From Oopsacas minuta (taxonomy: Eukaryota; Animalia; Porifera): DNA of 64,000 bases. The DNA lies in NCBI GenBank assembly GCA_024704765.1, contig JAKMXF010000345.1:139239-203238 (forward strand). Reading direction: 5' to 3'. Below the pieces are notes generated by a model. It saw only the letters and a program-made list of their open reading frames with translations, ran no database searches and was not told the origin of the DNA. The translations under genes and the position numbers were made by a program. Of this stretch, positions 33,070 to 47,700 are shown piece by piece; within the stretch, counting starts at the first letter, position 1; each line of letters begins with the position of its first letter.

Positions 33070-36000
33070 ATGTCTTTGCTGACTATTGAGCGGCCTACTT
33101 CAGCCGCAAGTTCAATTGAACAAGTGCAGGTAAGAATTTATTTGTTTTTATTAATTTGACTCTGGTTAATCGGGTTGCTTATGTCCAGAAACAGGGGTCG
33201 TGTAATAATACAGTGGAAACTCGTTAATACGAACACCAATGGACTGTCAAAATGTGTTTGCTTTATCCAGAGTAATACTGGTTGAAAACAATTGTGAGAA
33301 CTTGATTTCATGTAAATATTTGTTCATCTTATTCGGAAACACGGTTAATTCGAATCTTAAGACGGACAAATATTTACGAAATCATGAATTTGACCGATTT
33401 TGAGATCCTGTGGACTCCAGGTTGGGAACCGGTGTTATAATGCATACAAGGAATCGAAACCCTTACATAATCCACGAGAGAGCTACTACGTTAATATTTC
33501 TACAATATAGGACGAGACAGATTCAGATACAGTATCTCAATCTAGTTATGATGGTTTCTATGCTAATAAACATTTAGCCCTGGCTATTCCTCATATGGTT
33601 AGGAGAGTTAGTATTGTAAGCACAAACAGCTATAATATTATTGGTGAGTTTTTGATTTTACTTGAGGCCACTTTTGGTTGAAAAACTTGGAAACTTGTTT
33701 CAGCTCCACCGCCCGAATCAAGTTTACCTGCCGTATGAATATTGTCATTATTTCACCATTTTATCAGTGGAATACACTACACACAATATATTTACTAACT
33801 AGCAGGTGAATAGTAGTGATTTTATCTTCACAGACCGCCTTTAATACGTTTAATAGAAGTACATAACTTAATGAGATAATTCTTATGAAATGCCGTGTGG
33901 AGCTGAAACAAGTTTCTCATTAACAGGGGTCTGATTGGAAGAAAATATTGTATTTCCTAGGATAGTAGCCTCCCCATGAACGCGGTTAAATGGGATTCTC
34001 CATTCAATGAAATTTCCAATACAAATACGCATATGTATAACTTTGTATTGTCATAATGATGATAATAGCATTACATTGTATGATACACTCATCCATCGGC
34101 GCTATCCTTAAATATATGCTGTCCATATTCTGGTTTCACTGATTAATTTAAGTCTTCTACAAATGCGTAGTTTGCTAATATTATAATTCTTCAATACGGT
34201 CACGATGATACTATCCAGATCTTGTATAGGCAATTACGTAAATTCTGTAAACCAACATCCATCTCTGGTTACACCGAAGCTCAAGGGACCGCGTTAATTA
34301 CTTCGATATAACCAATGAAGTTATGTTCTTTGGCTGTTTGGGACCATATTTATACACAAAATGTACAGTTTTAGACTTGATATAAGCGGGAATGTTGATT
34401 TATCGTGTTCGCAAAAACCAGAGTTGACTTTATCAACTACTTCTAATATGCGAATTGACACTAAAATGTGTGATGTTGAGCCAATTGGGCAAACTGACAC
34501 ATTCCCCTCCCCCAAAAGATCTCCGATCCCCACGAATATCTTACAAGGCACCTTAGTTACCAGAAAATATGCACTTTTCAAGCACATTGCAAATCAAATC
34601 GCTACATCAAGCTAACAATACAATATTATATCATTGGCATAACACATTCATAGTACAATTCTATGGTATATTACTGTATCACTATAAAAAGGAGAATTTC
34701 TTTCGAAAACTAACTGAGCTTTGAAATAATTTTCCAAACACAAAAACAATTTTTACTCTTTTGTAATTTTCTGATTTAAAATGGGTGTTCTATCAAGAAG
34801 AACTCGTTTATTGTTACTTGGAGGTAACTCAAGAATTGCAAGTAAAAGTAAGACATTTTGTTGTTGTTTATTTGTGTACTTTTTGCAGGGAAATTATGCA
34901 AATTGGAGTATAGAAATCCAAAATCGAGCCGATCAAACAAATATAGAACTGTACTATGATGAAAATATTTTTTTTGGATTTTCACTTTTCTATGAACAGT
35001 AAAATTCTTATTTTTGCAAATTTCCTTGTACAGAAAACCTCCAAAAGATGAACACCTTGTCTCGGTCCCAAATGTTTTCCATTGTTACGCACAATGTCAT
35101 GAAAAGTAAACACCTCTCGTATGTGAACATTTTAGCTGGTCCCCAGAGTATTCCTTTACTTAAGGTTTGACTGTATCTCAATTCTCCAATACACGTAATT
35201 TGAATAAAACCATCTATATGCACTTATCAACAGTCAAATTGACCGAATATTTTAATGTAATTTCCCATTTAATTAAGAATCCAATAAGTATTTCTTTATG
35301 ACGACGATTTGTCTGCACTCATATTGTTGTGGTTATATGTTTACATCATTTATAATTCTCAATGACTTTCATCATATGGTGATGAGAGTATATTTGTTTA
35401 TTAATTAGCACATATAATATCACGCATTTGTCCGTAATATCGTATTCTGAACAACACTTTACTGAAACCTTACTTTCCAACTGTCTGTCCCGATTATTAG
35501 TTTAACACATTCTGTGAACGCCTGCTGTCGTCCGTGGACCACCAATGGTCCATAGACCCCAGGTTGGGAACCACTGGCTACAGTGAAACCTCCACAAACA
35601 CGGAATCTGGTGAAACGGGAAAGGGATAGCATTTTGCACCCGCTAATATTCCTACATTTTTTCTCCATCAATGCAAAGTATGCCAGTGACTATATGCAAT
35701 ACATGTAATTACACTGATATATTTGTTGGATAATTCTCAATAAATATTAATTAGCATGTAGTGTATTACCATGTACAGATCTCGGTGTAATCAGGTGCTG
35801 GTATTAACAGTTTCATTTACAGTTGGTATCATATACAGCTGTTATCATCGATATATTGGATTCGCGATAATACCGAATACCAAATTTATGTGTATTTGAC
35901 AGTAGCATATTCTTACTAAATACCACAATTTAAGTTTTCATATGATACTAATCTATCTGGCTTGACCTTTCTATGCAAACATATGTAACATATTTTCATA

Positions 36001-39000
36001 GAATACACTGGTTCCCAACCAAACCCTTACGTATATACAGTAGAACTCGGATAAGACGTACCCCCTCGGGAAACAGAAATTAGTACGACTTAACCGAGTG
36101 TACGTCTTATCCGAATATGTTTGCATTACAAATAATGATGACTTATATTTGGGGATATAAGAAATAGTACGTCTTAAGCCGAGTTCTACTGTACCACTAA
36201 AACAGCTCTTACAGTATTTGAAAGTTGGATTATTTAATTCATTCTAAGTCTATTGTTTATAATAAAAATTGCTTATTGATAGTATTGAATATTAATTATT
36301 TGTGGTGCTAATTGAGCTCAATATGCCATGTCTGGTCTCTTTCAAGTGCCATATATGTATTTTCATGATAAGACGAATATTAATGTAATTATAGTTACGA
36401 TTGTACAGTTCTTTTGATAACGATTATAACAGTAGTGCCATATGCGAATATTTGCAATAACTTGTTATTCGTATTTGTGAAATAATTCAGCAAATATTGA
36501 GACTGAGCAATATTATGTGGACCATTTTTGGTTGACATGACGTGATCTTTGCTCACCCAGACTCCTATGGTTTGGGTCGTAGTCCAATCTATAAGAAATA
36601 TTATTGATAATCAGTTCTTATGTATGAAGCTTGTTACTGGTATTATAACTTCCATATACGGATATTTTGAGAATATGATAGCACAGTAAAAACTCGTTTT
36701 TCTAATGCAATGCCATCAATTGGCAGGCATTCATATGTTTAGTTATAATATTGTAATATATATTTTGCATTTTCTAATAGAATTACTATCCCACGTGCTT
36801 AATTAGCTAATTTGCAATGATATATTATGTTTAGCTTAATATTGACCAAAATAGCACTAAAAATTCTGAAATTTGTAATATAATGCGATTTCTACTAATA
36901 ATCATTTGATAATTCTTGTTATACTTTTTATCACAAGTCTGAACTAACTGATAAGTTTGTAATAACAACAGATATATCATGGCAAAATATAGTTTACACA
37001 TTTTTACTTATTTGGCTATTTGTCATATCTGCAAGCATACGCACCGCAATTAACACAGATTTAATATACGTAATTTCTACTAAATTCATAGTTTCACTTT
37101 CAATACAGGATTGTGCTAGTTTTGAGACTTTTTGCATATTTCAGTTCTTGTACAGTTAAACAGGGTTTTAGCTGCTGTTTGCTCTGAATTTTCATGGCAA
37201 TTGTTTTTCAATTTTTGAAGACACAAAAGATTTTGGAAAAGTATTATCCTAATTAAAGGTCAAATGTGACGTAAATTTCAACAGAATTCTTCTAGAGGGT
37301 GGCGACGAATTGTTATCGCCATTTTTGCGTTTTCTAGACCCCTGTGCGTATTCAGGGAAATACTGTATTCACTGAGCGACCATTAAAATGCTATTAAGAT
37401 TGTCTTTAACAATTCCAAAGCCGTAAATAAGGGAAAAGGGTTTCAAAACAAATTTCCTTATATGGGAATTTATGTCTCGAATTTTTTCTATAAAAATGCT
37501 ATTATTAAGCGGAAAGGGGTTTGTTTATGATGAATATTTGCCGGTTTTTAATGAAGAAAAGTTATATTTTCAATTTCTCCTATTTACATTTGAGTTATCA
37601 ACATTCATTCTCTACAGGAGATTTACAACATCATTTACACCAGTTGATGTCTATTATGCGGCCGAGAGAGAGAATTGATATGGTAAGTTGTTTGTATTTA
37701 TTGACAACCATTTTCTGATATATTATTACTTGTTTCGCCAACTTGAACGTGAGTTACATAATATCAAGGAAAAACACGATTAAAATTCAGTGTAACCTCC
37801 ACAAACGGGGAATTTGGCAGAAACGCGGTAGCATTTTCGGCGTCTCTGGCACCCTGTTTGTGGAAGTCACACTGCATATTATATCCAATTAGCGTATTTA
37901 TTATTAACTTAAATTCGCTTACATATTTTGCTCATGCCTGATGGGCGAATCAATACATTATGTAGGCAACTGAAAACTCTCAATAATATTGTCTACGTAT
38001 TCTACGTATGATCTTATGATTATTCATGTATTGTGATTCTTATCTACTCGCTACTAGAAATGCTTTTTATTCTTGGAAACTGTATTTCTTGTTTGTATGT
38101 GGATTTATTGCCTATGAGGTCAAATTTTTGGCATCGTCATTATTGATTAAGTTGTAGTTTTACTAGCTTTTGGGTAGCTAATTGGCCTCGTTAATACAAC
38201 ACAGTTAATACGAATCTCTGGATAAGAAGAACAAATACTGGCACATAATCAGTTCCCTAGAGTGGAAATCCAATTGGCATTACTCCGGATAAAGCGAACA
38301 GATCTTGACCGTTCGTTAGCGTTCGTATTCGTCAATAGTTAGGAATGCTTCCCTGTTTCTGTCAAATCCCCCGTTTACAGAAGTTACACTGTAGGATAAT
38401 TACAAATTTGCTTTTAGGTAGTAGCATTAGAACAAGCTAATCCTAGTAAAACCAAATACTTGATATTAGTAACAGCATATGGTAATGAAGATACAGAGGA
38501 GAGCTGTTTGCTTGGGACTGAATCTGTGAATCAAGAGTAAGTCTATTCATAGTTAACAGTAGCCGCCGAACTTTCTAACTTGAACGATCCGGCGGGGCTC
38601 GCACATATATTTTGTACTTGCTCTATCAATTGGTACCTGTGTATTCTATAGGTTCAGAATTGTATTGGTAATCCCTCTATGGAAGAATACTGTATTAAAA
38701 TATTTTGGAGACGGGTAAGTGATAATGTATAAGTACAGTGCTGTTCGCCTAATAGCAAGCTTTTTCAGAGATATTTTGTATTGGAGTCTTTACACACTAT
38801 AGCTACTCCGCTTATAGCTAAATGAAACAGGGGCCCAGAGCACCTCGTTATATCGAGAGTTCTCTGTAAATTCCTCTAAAGCAATTTTGCGTATAGCAAG
38901 TGAAATTAGTGCAAAATACGACTTGAAAATAGGCGAACTCTACTGTATTCTACCATCCGAAAATTTTATTCATTTACGCTATTTTTAGAGGATTTAAATT

Positions 39001-42000
39001 GACATCAGGGTATGATGCTTATGTATTCAAGACGTCATCAGTGCCTTGTATGTGGGCAGCATCTAATGCTATATGTACAGCAGTAGAGAATGCTAGAGAT
39101 CTCAATTATTATTCTGGAGGCACAAGTCATACGTGGGTTCCTTATTATAAAGACAAATTAACTGATAATAGACAGAGCTTACATGAATGGTAAGTTGAAG
39201 TTTGTCGGTCAAATATGTTGGTGCACTTGTTCCAAGCCCTGAATTGGCCAAGCAGTGTTGCTAGGTGATGTGATCCCAAAGTTCATGCCAAGTCCTTGAA
39301 AGTTCATTCCAAGGTTCATAGTTCATACCACAAGTCAAAAGTTCATATCTCCTGCCAAATCTAAAAAACGCGTCCATGATATCACATTACTGTGGCGAAG
39401 TGACCTTATTTATTCAATTAGCCCAGGGGTGAGCATTATTTCTACAAATTTCAGTACCAATTGCATAATCGTTAGAGTTATTATTGGATAGGAATTGTTA
39501 CTTATTTTCTTTCAACTTTGGACCTTACATGATCATAATTTCATGAATAACTACACTTCCCCCACAATCTAACATATTCGATTACAACCTTGTAATTGTA
39601 ATTGGCTTTTGATAATATAATGTGTGTGTTTTGTGAAGGTATATGATGGATGAAGTGACGTCATTTTTCAGGCCAGATTCTCCTATCTTCTCAATAGAAG
39701 AAGAGTAAGTAATTTGTGACTTTTAAAATTTGATTATTTCCCCTAATAACTACAGCCAACTCCCGGTTATATCGAAGCTCAAGAGACCGCAATACTTGCT
39801 TCCACATAACCAATGGAATATATGTTACTTTAAAGGTTTGAGACCACATTTGTACAATTTAAGACTTCGATATAAGCGGGTATTTCTATATATCCGTATT
39901 CTATATAACGGGAGATTACTGTATTTATGTTCATATGTATTTTAGTCCAATTGATGACGAAACAACTTTTAAGCGTGCGTTGATATCCCAGCTTAGAGAG
40001 GTATGTGAATTGATAATTATCTTTTTTGGGTGTTATTGTTTATATATTCTCGTTGCCTTTATAGAATATGAGTCATACAGATTTAGAAAATGTTACAAGT
40101 CGTGATGTAAGTACTTACCTTCACATTTAAAAATTTAATTATAATTTCCGCGTTTTTTTTGCGATTTTTTCTGATTTTTTATCGATAAAATTTTGAGTTT
40201 TTATAGTGAAATTTTACATGTTTTTGATCGTTAATTTTTCCACTTTTTATTGTGAATTTTTCTATTTTTAGTTAAGATTACAGTTAGAAGCTCAGTTCAA
40301 TCGTCCACTCAAGAGTTACCTTAGTTTCCTAGATGAACAGATGCTATTCATATTTGGACAAATGAAGAAACCATCTGAAATATTATCTTTCTTATATCTG
40401 GTGGGTTTATGCATAAATTCTGTGAATAACGTAACAGCAAAAATTGCGATTTAATTTCGCTTTTCAATATTTATTTTAGTTGTTTATGATAATACAAGTT
40501 TATTGTAATTTTCTTTAGGGTTCCGAATGGAATGCTTCAAATCTATCTGAACTAAGACAATTAGGGTCAGTTTCTTATATGCTATTTACTACAATCTCCT
40601 CTATATTACACCCAGGTCGTGTCCAGAAAAATTGTCCTGGGTATCAAATTTGGTATGACAGTCCTCTGGTATACCAGGGCCAGCGCCGTACCATAATTTC
40701 AAAGCCGGGGTAAATGTTCCTTTGTCCGCCCCTAGGACGCCCCTTATAGCATGTATGTAATATTGAATAATCCCACTTTATATGCTTCAATTCATTTATA
40801 GGGTTGGTTATATCATCAATATCTCAAGAGAAGTTGATAACTTTTTCCCAGATACTTTCAAGTATTTACCTATCAGGTAAGAACCTTGGATATTGTCAAT
40901 AAATAATATGACGTCACTCAAAATGATTTGCAAATTTGACTACTTTGTAATCTCCCAAACGGCGGGCCTCGGACGTCGAAAATATTTCCCAGTTTGTGGA
41001 GGTTCATTTGTATGGGACTAGGAATTCGGCTTGTTTTTCACTCCGTTTCCAGAAGTTCCCGTTTCCAACCGGCCCCATTTGTGAAGATTACACTGTATCT
41101 AATCATTTATTCATAGAGTATACGATCAAGAGACTTCGGATCTTATGCGACACTGGGAGAGTACTTTCAAATTTATAAGTGAAGCAAGGTTAGTACATTC
41201 AATTCTACATTGTAGTTCATGGAAAATTGTTTATTTATTTTCTAATTTGTGTAGAGATAATAACAGTAAAGTATTGGTACATTGTAAGATGGGAGTAAGC
41301 AGATCTGCATCAACAGTGAGTATTTGTTTGATAATTATAAATACACCTATGCTAGCTGGGGTGAATAAAATAGCAAAATTGTCAGATAGGGAGGTAGTAT
41401 CTGATGATCAATATATGTCCGAAATTGCGACTTCTCAGCCAAAACAGCAACCAAGTATGCTTATAGAAATAGCTCATTGGAATTTCTCCAGGGTCCAAAT
41501 ATCATACATTGCAGTATTTACTTGCTAATGAGACGAATCACAATGATTACTTCTAAATTAATAGATTTTTAACATTTTTGTCATTCATAGGTAATCGCGT
41601 TTCTAATGAAAGAACTCAATATGAGTTTAGAGAGTGGAATAAGCCACGTAAAAGAACGACGTAACTGTATTAAACCGAATAAAGGATTTCTGGAACAATT
41701 GAAAACATATGAAGGCATTTTGAATGCAAGGTAGTGCAGATTAGTAAATCTGACATTTATGTTAACGAATTAAATGGTCGTATTACATAGGGCAATCCTT
41801 ACGTATTGAATTATAATGAAAACTTTCAAAGCTAAATTGATTACTTTGTTAAGTCTTTTTTGCTCAGAAATTTCATGAAAACTTAGAGCAATTTTGAGCA
41901 CATTTTTGTGTGATAACAATGATATTTTTAGAAATAATTCCTATTAATATTTTCATTAGTACAAAATTAACTAAAATGGTGAATATGTTAAGAAATTGAT

Positions 42001-43889
42001 TATTACTATATATGGGCATTTTACGCTTATAAAACAGATTACATCATCTCTATTAACTTCTAATATAGTGTTGTATACACGTTTAGTTTTTTATCAATTT
42101 GAATTTCTATTACTTGATTATTAATACAGTGAAACCTGTGGAAACAGCGAACTTCTTGAAACTGAGTGAAAAATAATTCTTAGTCCCATTCAAATGAACC
42201 TCCACGAACGTGGATAAGGGCAGAAATGGGTAGCATTATTCAGAGGTTGCATTTTATATAAATTCTTGTGATTAGACATAAAACCTTCTGGTCTGCAAAG
42301 ATAGAAAAGAAATCCCATTTACTCCGCTGTCGTTCAGAAACTAGTTTAATACAAGATATCCATTTCCCAAAGCAAGCACCAGAACTCTGTCTATCATATT
42401 CAACTTCAAATTTAACACCAAAATCATGGCGTAATGAATTGAATACTGAACAAATCTCAGCGAATGATTCTCAAACTACAAGTGATATTGAGCCTTTTGA
42501 TTCTTCTGATACAGGATCTCCTGTGAGTTCTTCTCCGATGTCACAGCCTGATGAAACTCTGTTACAGGTAAATTATAATCCTCATTGTCAGATCCTGGGA
42601 ATTCAAATTTTCCCCTGCATAAGACTTAAAGTCTCGGCGGGAGTATGACCACTTGTAATAATTTCCTGAGATTTTATTTGCCAAATATCTAAATTAAAAT
42701 TTGCAAATATTTCTTGTAAATTACCGAGATAATCCAGGGATCCTTGGGAGGGATGCAAGGATCAAAATGACAATTTTTGACTAATATTTATTCGTAGATG
42801 ATGTCAGAAGGTAGTGATCTTCCAATAACTCAACTCTCCTCTGATATTGCACAAGCTAAACGTGAAAAAATGGAAAGAGAAAATCAACAAAAAACAAAAC
42901 ATTTAACCATATGCGACATAAATGTATCAGAAAAATCTGCATTCCAACCGGTTGCTAAGCGACAGAAAATATCCACCAGTTTGAAAACTAGGCCAAAATC
43001 AGCTGTTTCAAGTTCATCATACAAATCACAATCTTTGGACGGAAACTTTGCGTATTACCTTGAATTGCCTAGATCCATGCCAAATTCACCTGGCTTGAAA
43101 AAGGCCAATCGAATGTCAATATCACCAACCAAATTATCTCCACTTTTAGAAACGAGCTATACAAATACGTCAATTTTACGACCGCATTCTGCGCCGAAAA
43201 GTAACAGTGAAAACCGACCGACAAGCGAAGTTCTAGAACGAACACTATCAACGCCAGACTTATGCGAATTAAGTGGAACGAAACGTCACACAATTACCGA
43301 ATCGATTTCTCCAAATGATTCCGTACAGTTGCATGTACAAAACTTTGAATCACTTTCCCTACAGAATATACGTACAGCTTGCGACTCGTTGAGCTCATCA
43401 CCACCATTAAACGATTACTCAATTGACCTACATGGATCTTCTTGGAGTAAAGAAAGACATTCAGTCTCAATTGAGAATTTAAGTTCACATTCCTCGCATC
43501 AGCTGGGTAGCAACAAATCACGGATTGGTTTGAATAAAAACTCAAACAATGCGAACCATCTTTCGCCATCATTAAGAAACACTGATAACGAACGGCTAAT
43601 TGAAAATGTACAAGCATATATACAGAGACTAGAATCAATGGAAAAAGACCGAGATGAAGTACTAGCAAGTTCGCCACGTAAAATGCCTTGTACATTGCCT
43701 GAACAGGAAAATACAGTTAGTGCTATGAAGAAAATATTTGAGAAGGATGATGACATTGAAAAATTCGAGGATCAAATAGAATTTCTGAATTCAAACTCGA
43801 ATAATAATAATAATAATAATAATACTACCATGGACACAGAATTTATGATTTTTCCGTATATTATGGAGAGCCAAGAAACAGATTGTTAG
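33070..43889 (+). CDS. SSH: Protein phosphatase Slingshot homolog (dual-specificity cofilin phosphatase), multi-exon
   Basis: Exon 1 MSLLTIERPTSAASS (33070-33129); exon 2 33511-33643; GDLQHHL (37618); EESCLLG; FRPDSP; GQMKKPSEI; LGSEWNASNL; EVDNFFP; VLVHCKMGVSRSAS; IKPNKGFLEQLKTYEGILNA; Ser-rich tail to 43889. Confidence 0.93.
33695..33915. mobile_element. MITE family D with AAACTTGTTTCAGCTCCAC termini
   Basis: AAACTTGTTTCAGCTCCAC at ~33695 and GTGGAGCTGAAACAAGTTT at ~33897-33915; the same end occurs at ~6475 and ~7255. Confidence 0.7.
36036..36193. mobile_element. MITE with TACAGTAGAACTCGG/CCGAGTTCTACTGTA termini (TA target-site duplication pattern)
   Basis: 15-bp inverted termini including flanking TA, directly visible. 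Confidence 0.75.
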
Positions 43890-44788
43890 CAACTTTCAAT
43901 GCATAATTGCACACAATTAAACTGTGAAACCAAGCTTTAATACATATTTTTTAGTTGAAATTCAATGCACAAACACTGCATTTTAGCTGTATATATAATA
44001 ATTATTGTCACACTAATATATATCAACATTGTACTTTAAAATTACACATTACGTTTATATGCATATATGATAGATGAACATTTGAATGCCAACTAGTAAG
44101 AATTATTTATCATTGATTTGATGGTCATATTGATGGAAAGATCTGCTATTAAATTCATTTATTTATTAACATATATTCTTTATGTTAAGGCTATGGGGTA
44201 ATTGAGAGATGTTTGTGCAGGGCAGTTTTCAACTGTTAACTGGAGTGCTGAGTCCACTGTATTTACGTATCACGATTTGACACGAAATGTACCATGGATA
44301 AATGGATCAGGAACACATTGGAGTATGCCTTGCAAACGTTCTGTTCAGTGTGTTCGCTTTGTGCTATCTACTCTATCTTATTCAAAATGTAGATTCCCGA
44401 TAGGCAAAGATATTGCCTACAAATGTGAATGCAATTCTTTTTACAGTAACTTGCACGAAAGTGGTGGGAGGGACGCCGAAAATGCTACCACGTTAACCGT
44501 TATTGCCAAATTCCCCGCTTGGTGGAGGTTCATTTGTATGAAACTAGGAATTCATTTTATTTATTTTCACTCCGTTCCCGATTCCACCGCTCATTTGTGG
44601 AGGTTATACTGGAATGATATTATGAAAAATTCGGATTTCTAGTTAGAATGTGGGTAGCACAATGTTCTCGCCAAAGAATTCCAAAGACTAAACACCATCA
44701 GACATTTAATATTAAAGCAAACTAAGAAATTATACACAATATTATATACATACATATAGAGGGGTCATCTTGTGATGCAATAGTATTG

Positions 44789-47700
44789 TTAGATTGTAGT
44801 TGAACAGTACTCATTGACTAGAGCGAAGCAAGATAGGAAATGATTCTAAAATAGAGAATAAAAGTAAATGGAATGTAATCCTATTAATATAATAATCCCT
44901 CGATTCAAGGTTTTACGAATATCAATACGTCGGGGATATCTCAGTTATTGATAAATAATGCTATATTTGTTTTAAATATCGAAAATATTGGGAAAAATGA
45001 GAATTATCGGAAATTGTTTTTCGATATTTCCGACATTTTTCGAAAATCCCGATACCGATAATTCCGATAAATATCCGAATTTCCGATAGTTTTGATATTC
45101 TTCCAACTCGATATATGTATATCGATGTAATTCCTTCCTAGACTTACCAAGGTAGGCACGAAGTGCATCCTCTCGCTCCTCAATCCTTTGATAACATGGA
45201 AGATATCAATAGCATCTTTATTGTTAATATGCTCAATAATCTTGTAGGTAGTCAGCAATACTCCTGTACGTCCTATACCATCACTACAATGGACTATTAT
45301 GGGTAAATTCGGGTTTTCTTGCCTGTACTTTTGCATAGTCTGTATCAGTAAAAGAATACTTTTAATATCTGTAGCTTCGCCTTTGTCGTTCCAAGCTAGT
45401 AATATTAACTGCGTAACGGAATGCGACATACCATCTTCATTGTTTTCTATGATCAAACTTTGCTTTATTATAGTAGAGACTTTCTCAGAGTGCGTATTCC
45501 TGACTGTAAATGGGTTGATATGAGTGCATTCATCTGTTTTGCCCCAATAAGAGGCACGTTTTGACCTTTTCCCTTCGATTTCACCCTTTTCCTTTCTCGT
45601 AGTTAGCATTATAACTAGAGACGAGGCTGTTTGTGTTACCATTTGAAGGAAATCGGCCATTGTGTGTGTATTTGGGTGCACAGTCGCAATAAAATTTAAA
45701 TTCGAAATGTATGACGCGTTTATATAATCGTTCATGTCGGTCAATGGAATCAAGACAACGCGGTTATCGTCGTATGGAACGATTTTAGCGACAGGGTTCT
45801 TTTTCGCATTTTGAGGATCACTTCCTGTTTCGTATGGTAACTCAATTATTTCATCAGTTTGGAAGTTGAGCTCGTTAAATTGTTGGTAGAGAATAGATTC
45901 ATAACCTTCGATATCCGTTTCTAGATATTGCTTGTATGTAGATGTGAATTCGCTTGCTTCGATTGACGTATCTTGGAAGAGAAGCTCTGAAACTGAAAGA
46001 TAAATGAATTTATATTGGCGAAAGGTTTGCACCATTTGTGGACGACTTTCCCTCATCTCGTAGACAACTTTGTATATGCTTATAGGTTGTGATTTTTCAA
46101 TAGCAGATAGGATATTGAATAGTGTTATGAAAGTCCCAGTTCGACCCACCCCCGCGGAACAGTGCACTAGTATATGGGATTTGGTATCTTTGACGTCATT
46201 ATGGACTTTTTGTGTGAAATTTAGGAGTTCATCGTAGACGATTGGTACATCCTGATCAGGCCAGGCTGTGAAATGGAAATGCTTGATTTTCTGTGTTTTC
46301 TCCCCGTTGCTGGCTTGGAAAATCCTCACAATATATCCGAGGAATGTTTCCGCGTGGATTTGCTGGATTTTGAATTTCCCAAACTGCTCAGGTGTCCGAC
46401 TATCTAACGGAAAATACATCTCACATTTCTTTCGATTGCCTTCAATAATATTCGAAAGCATAACAATATTCGTGACGTCACTCTCCATGATCATTCGCCA
46501 GAAATCTACAACAGTTTCCTCCTTAGGCGCCTGAGCTGCAATGAATTTCTCCGTACAATACAACCCTGGTATATAGCTAGCGTTTATGTACGTAGTCATG
46601 TAATCACCGTCTAACGGTGTAAGTATAACACGTGATTTGTCATATGGGAAAATCATTTTGTATTTATTCTTTTGCTTGTTGTGGGCCATTACCGCGTTTT
46701 CGCAGGGATATTTTAATGTTACACCACCCAAACTCTTAAATTCTTCTTCAAATAAACCAGTGTTTTTTATGAGTTTTGTTAGATGCTGTTTGTATAGGTC
46801 TAGTTTAATCGGTTCCATTTTGGGGTCTACGAATTCTGTGATATCTTCATAGTACAATTTCATTTTGGGCTGCGATTTACTTGGCAAGTTGATGTAGTTT
46901 GAAGAGTATATTGATTCTGGGATTTCTATGTTCGAATCTTCCAAAGTTTCCATCAATTCTTTTTCAGTTATGTCAATTCCTGGAATCACGTCTTTCAAAA
47001 ATTCATAGTTCTTTCTATCATTTTTCTGTTTACACTGCCTTACGCTTGGAGGGGGAATTGCTGCAGTTAGACTGTTAGAGTATTTGATTTTGCTTAAGTA
47101 TTGATATTCCTTGGGTTTTCTCTTGCGTATACAGATTATAATAATAATAAATATTATTATTATCATGACTATGATACAGGCTGTGAGAACTACAAAACCA
47201 ACAACTGCTCCGATTGCGATTACTGTTATTGAAATTCCTTCTGGAGTTAGCGTACTATTTGTTTGTATCATTGATACTGATACACTTTCTGTTGTACCTA
47301 CAGATTTTGAAGCAGATATGTATACAGTAGACTCCAGCTTAATAGAGCGACCGGTTGGTCACTTTGCCAGATACAGAACCATACAAATAGTGTTAAATTA
47401 CTCCTATTAATTGGATCAATATGTCCTGGTCCCGATGTGACCTTATTAAGCGAAGTATACTGTAATTATTTATGTGGAACTATCATTTGATTTGGAATTT
47501 TGAAGCGAAAATGCCTTAGAAATTTTACGAAATTTTTTGTTGTTGTTAATGAAGAGGATTATCTAGCTACCTGTTGTTGCTGGTATAGTAGTCTGGGCTC
47601 CCGTAGTAGTTGTAGTGTATATTTGTTCAGCTCCACCGCTCGTGACATGACATCTATACGATCCATTCTTATTAATTGCCAATTCGCTGATTCCATTTTC

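Noticed and set aside
34321-35671. Several 70-90-aa ORFs inside SSH intron 2 as a nested gene or transposase
   Set aside because: They overlap MITE fragments, show no DDE/DDD or other domain motifs and have no coherent splice structure.
44202-44642. 146-aa ORF between SSH and R1
   Set aside because: Its 3' half overlaps a family A MITE and it has no recognisable domain.
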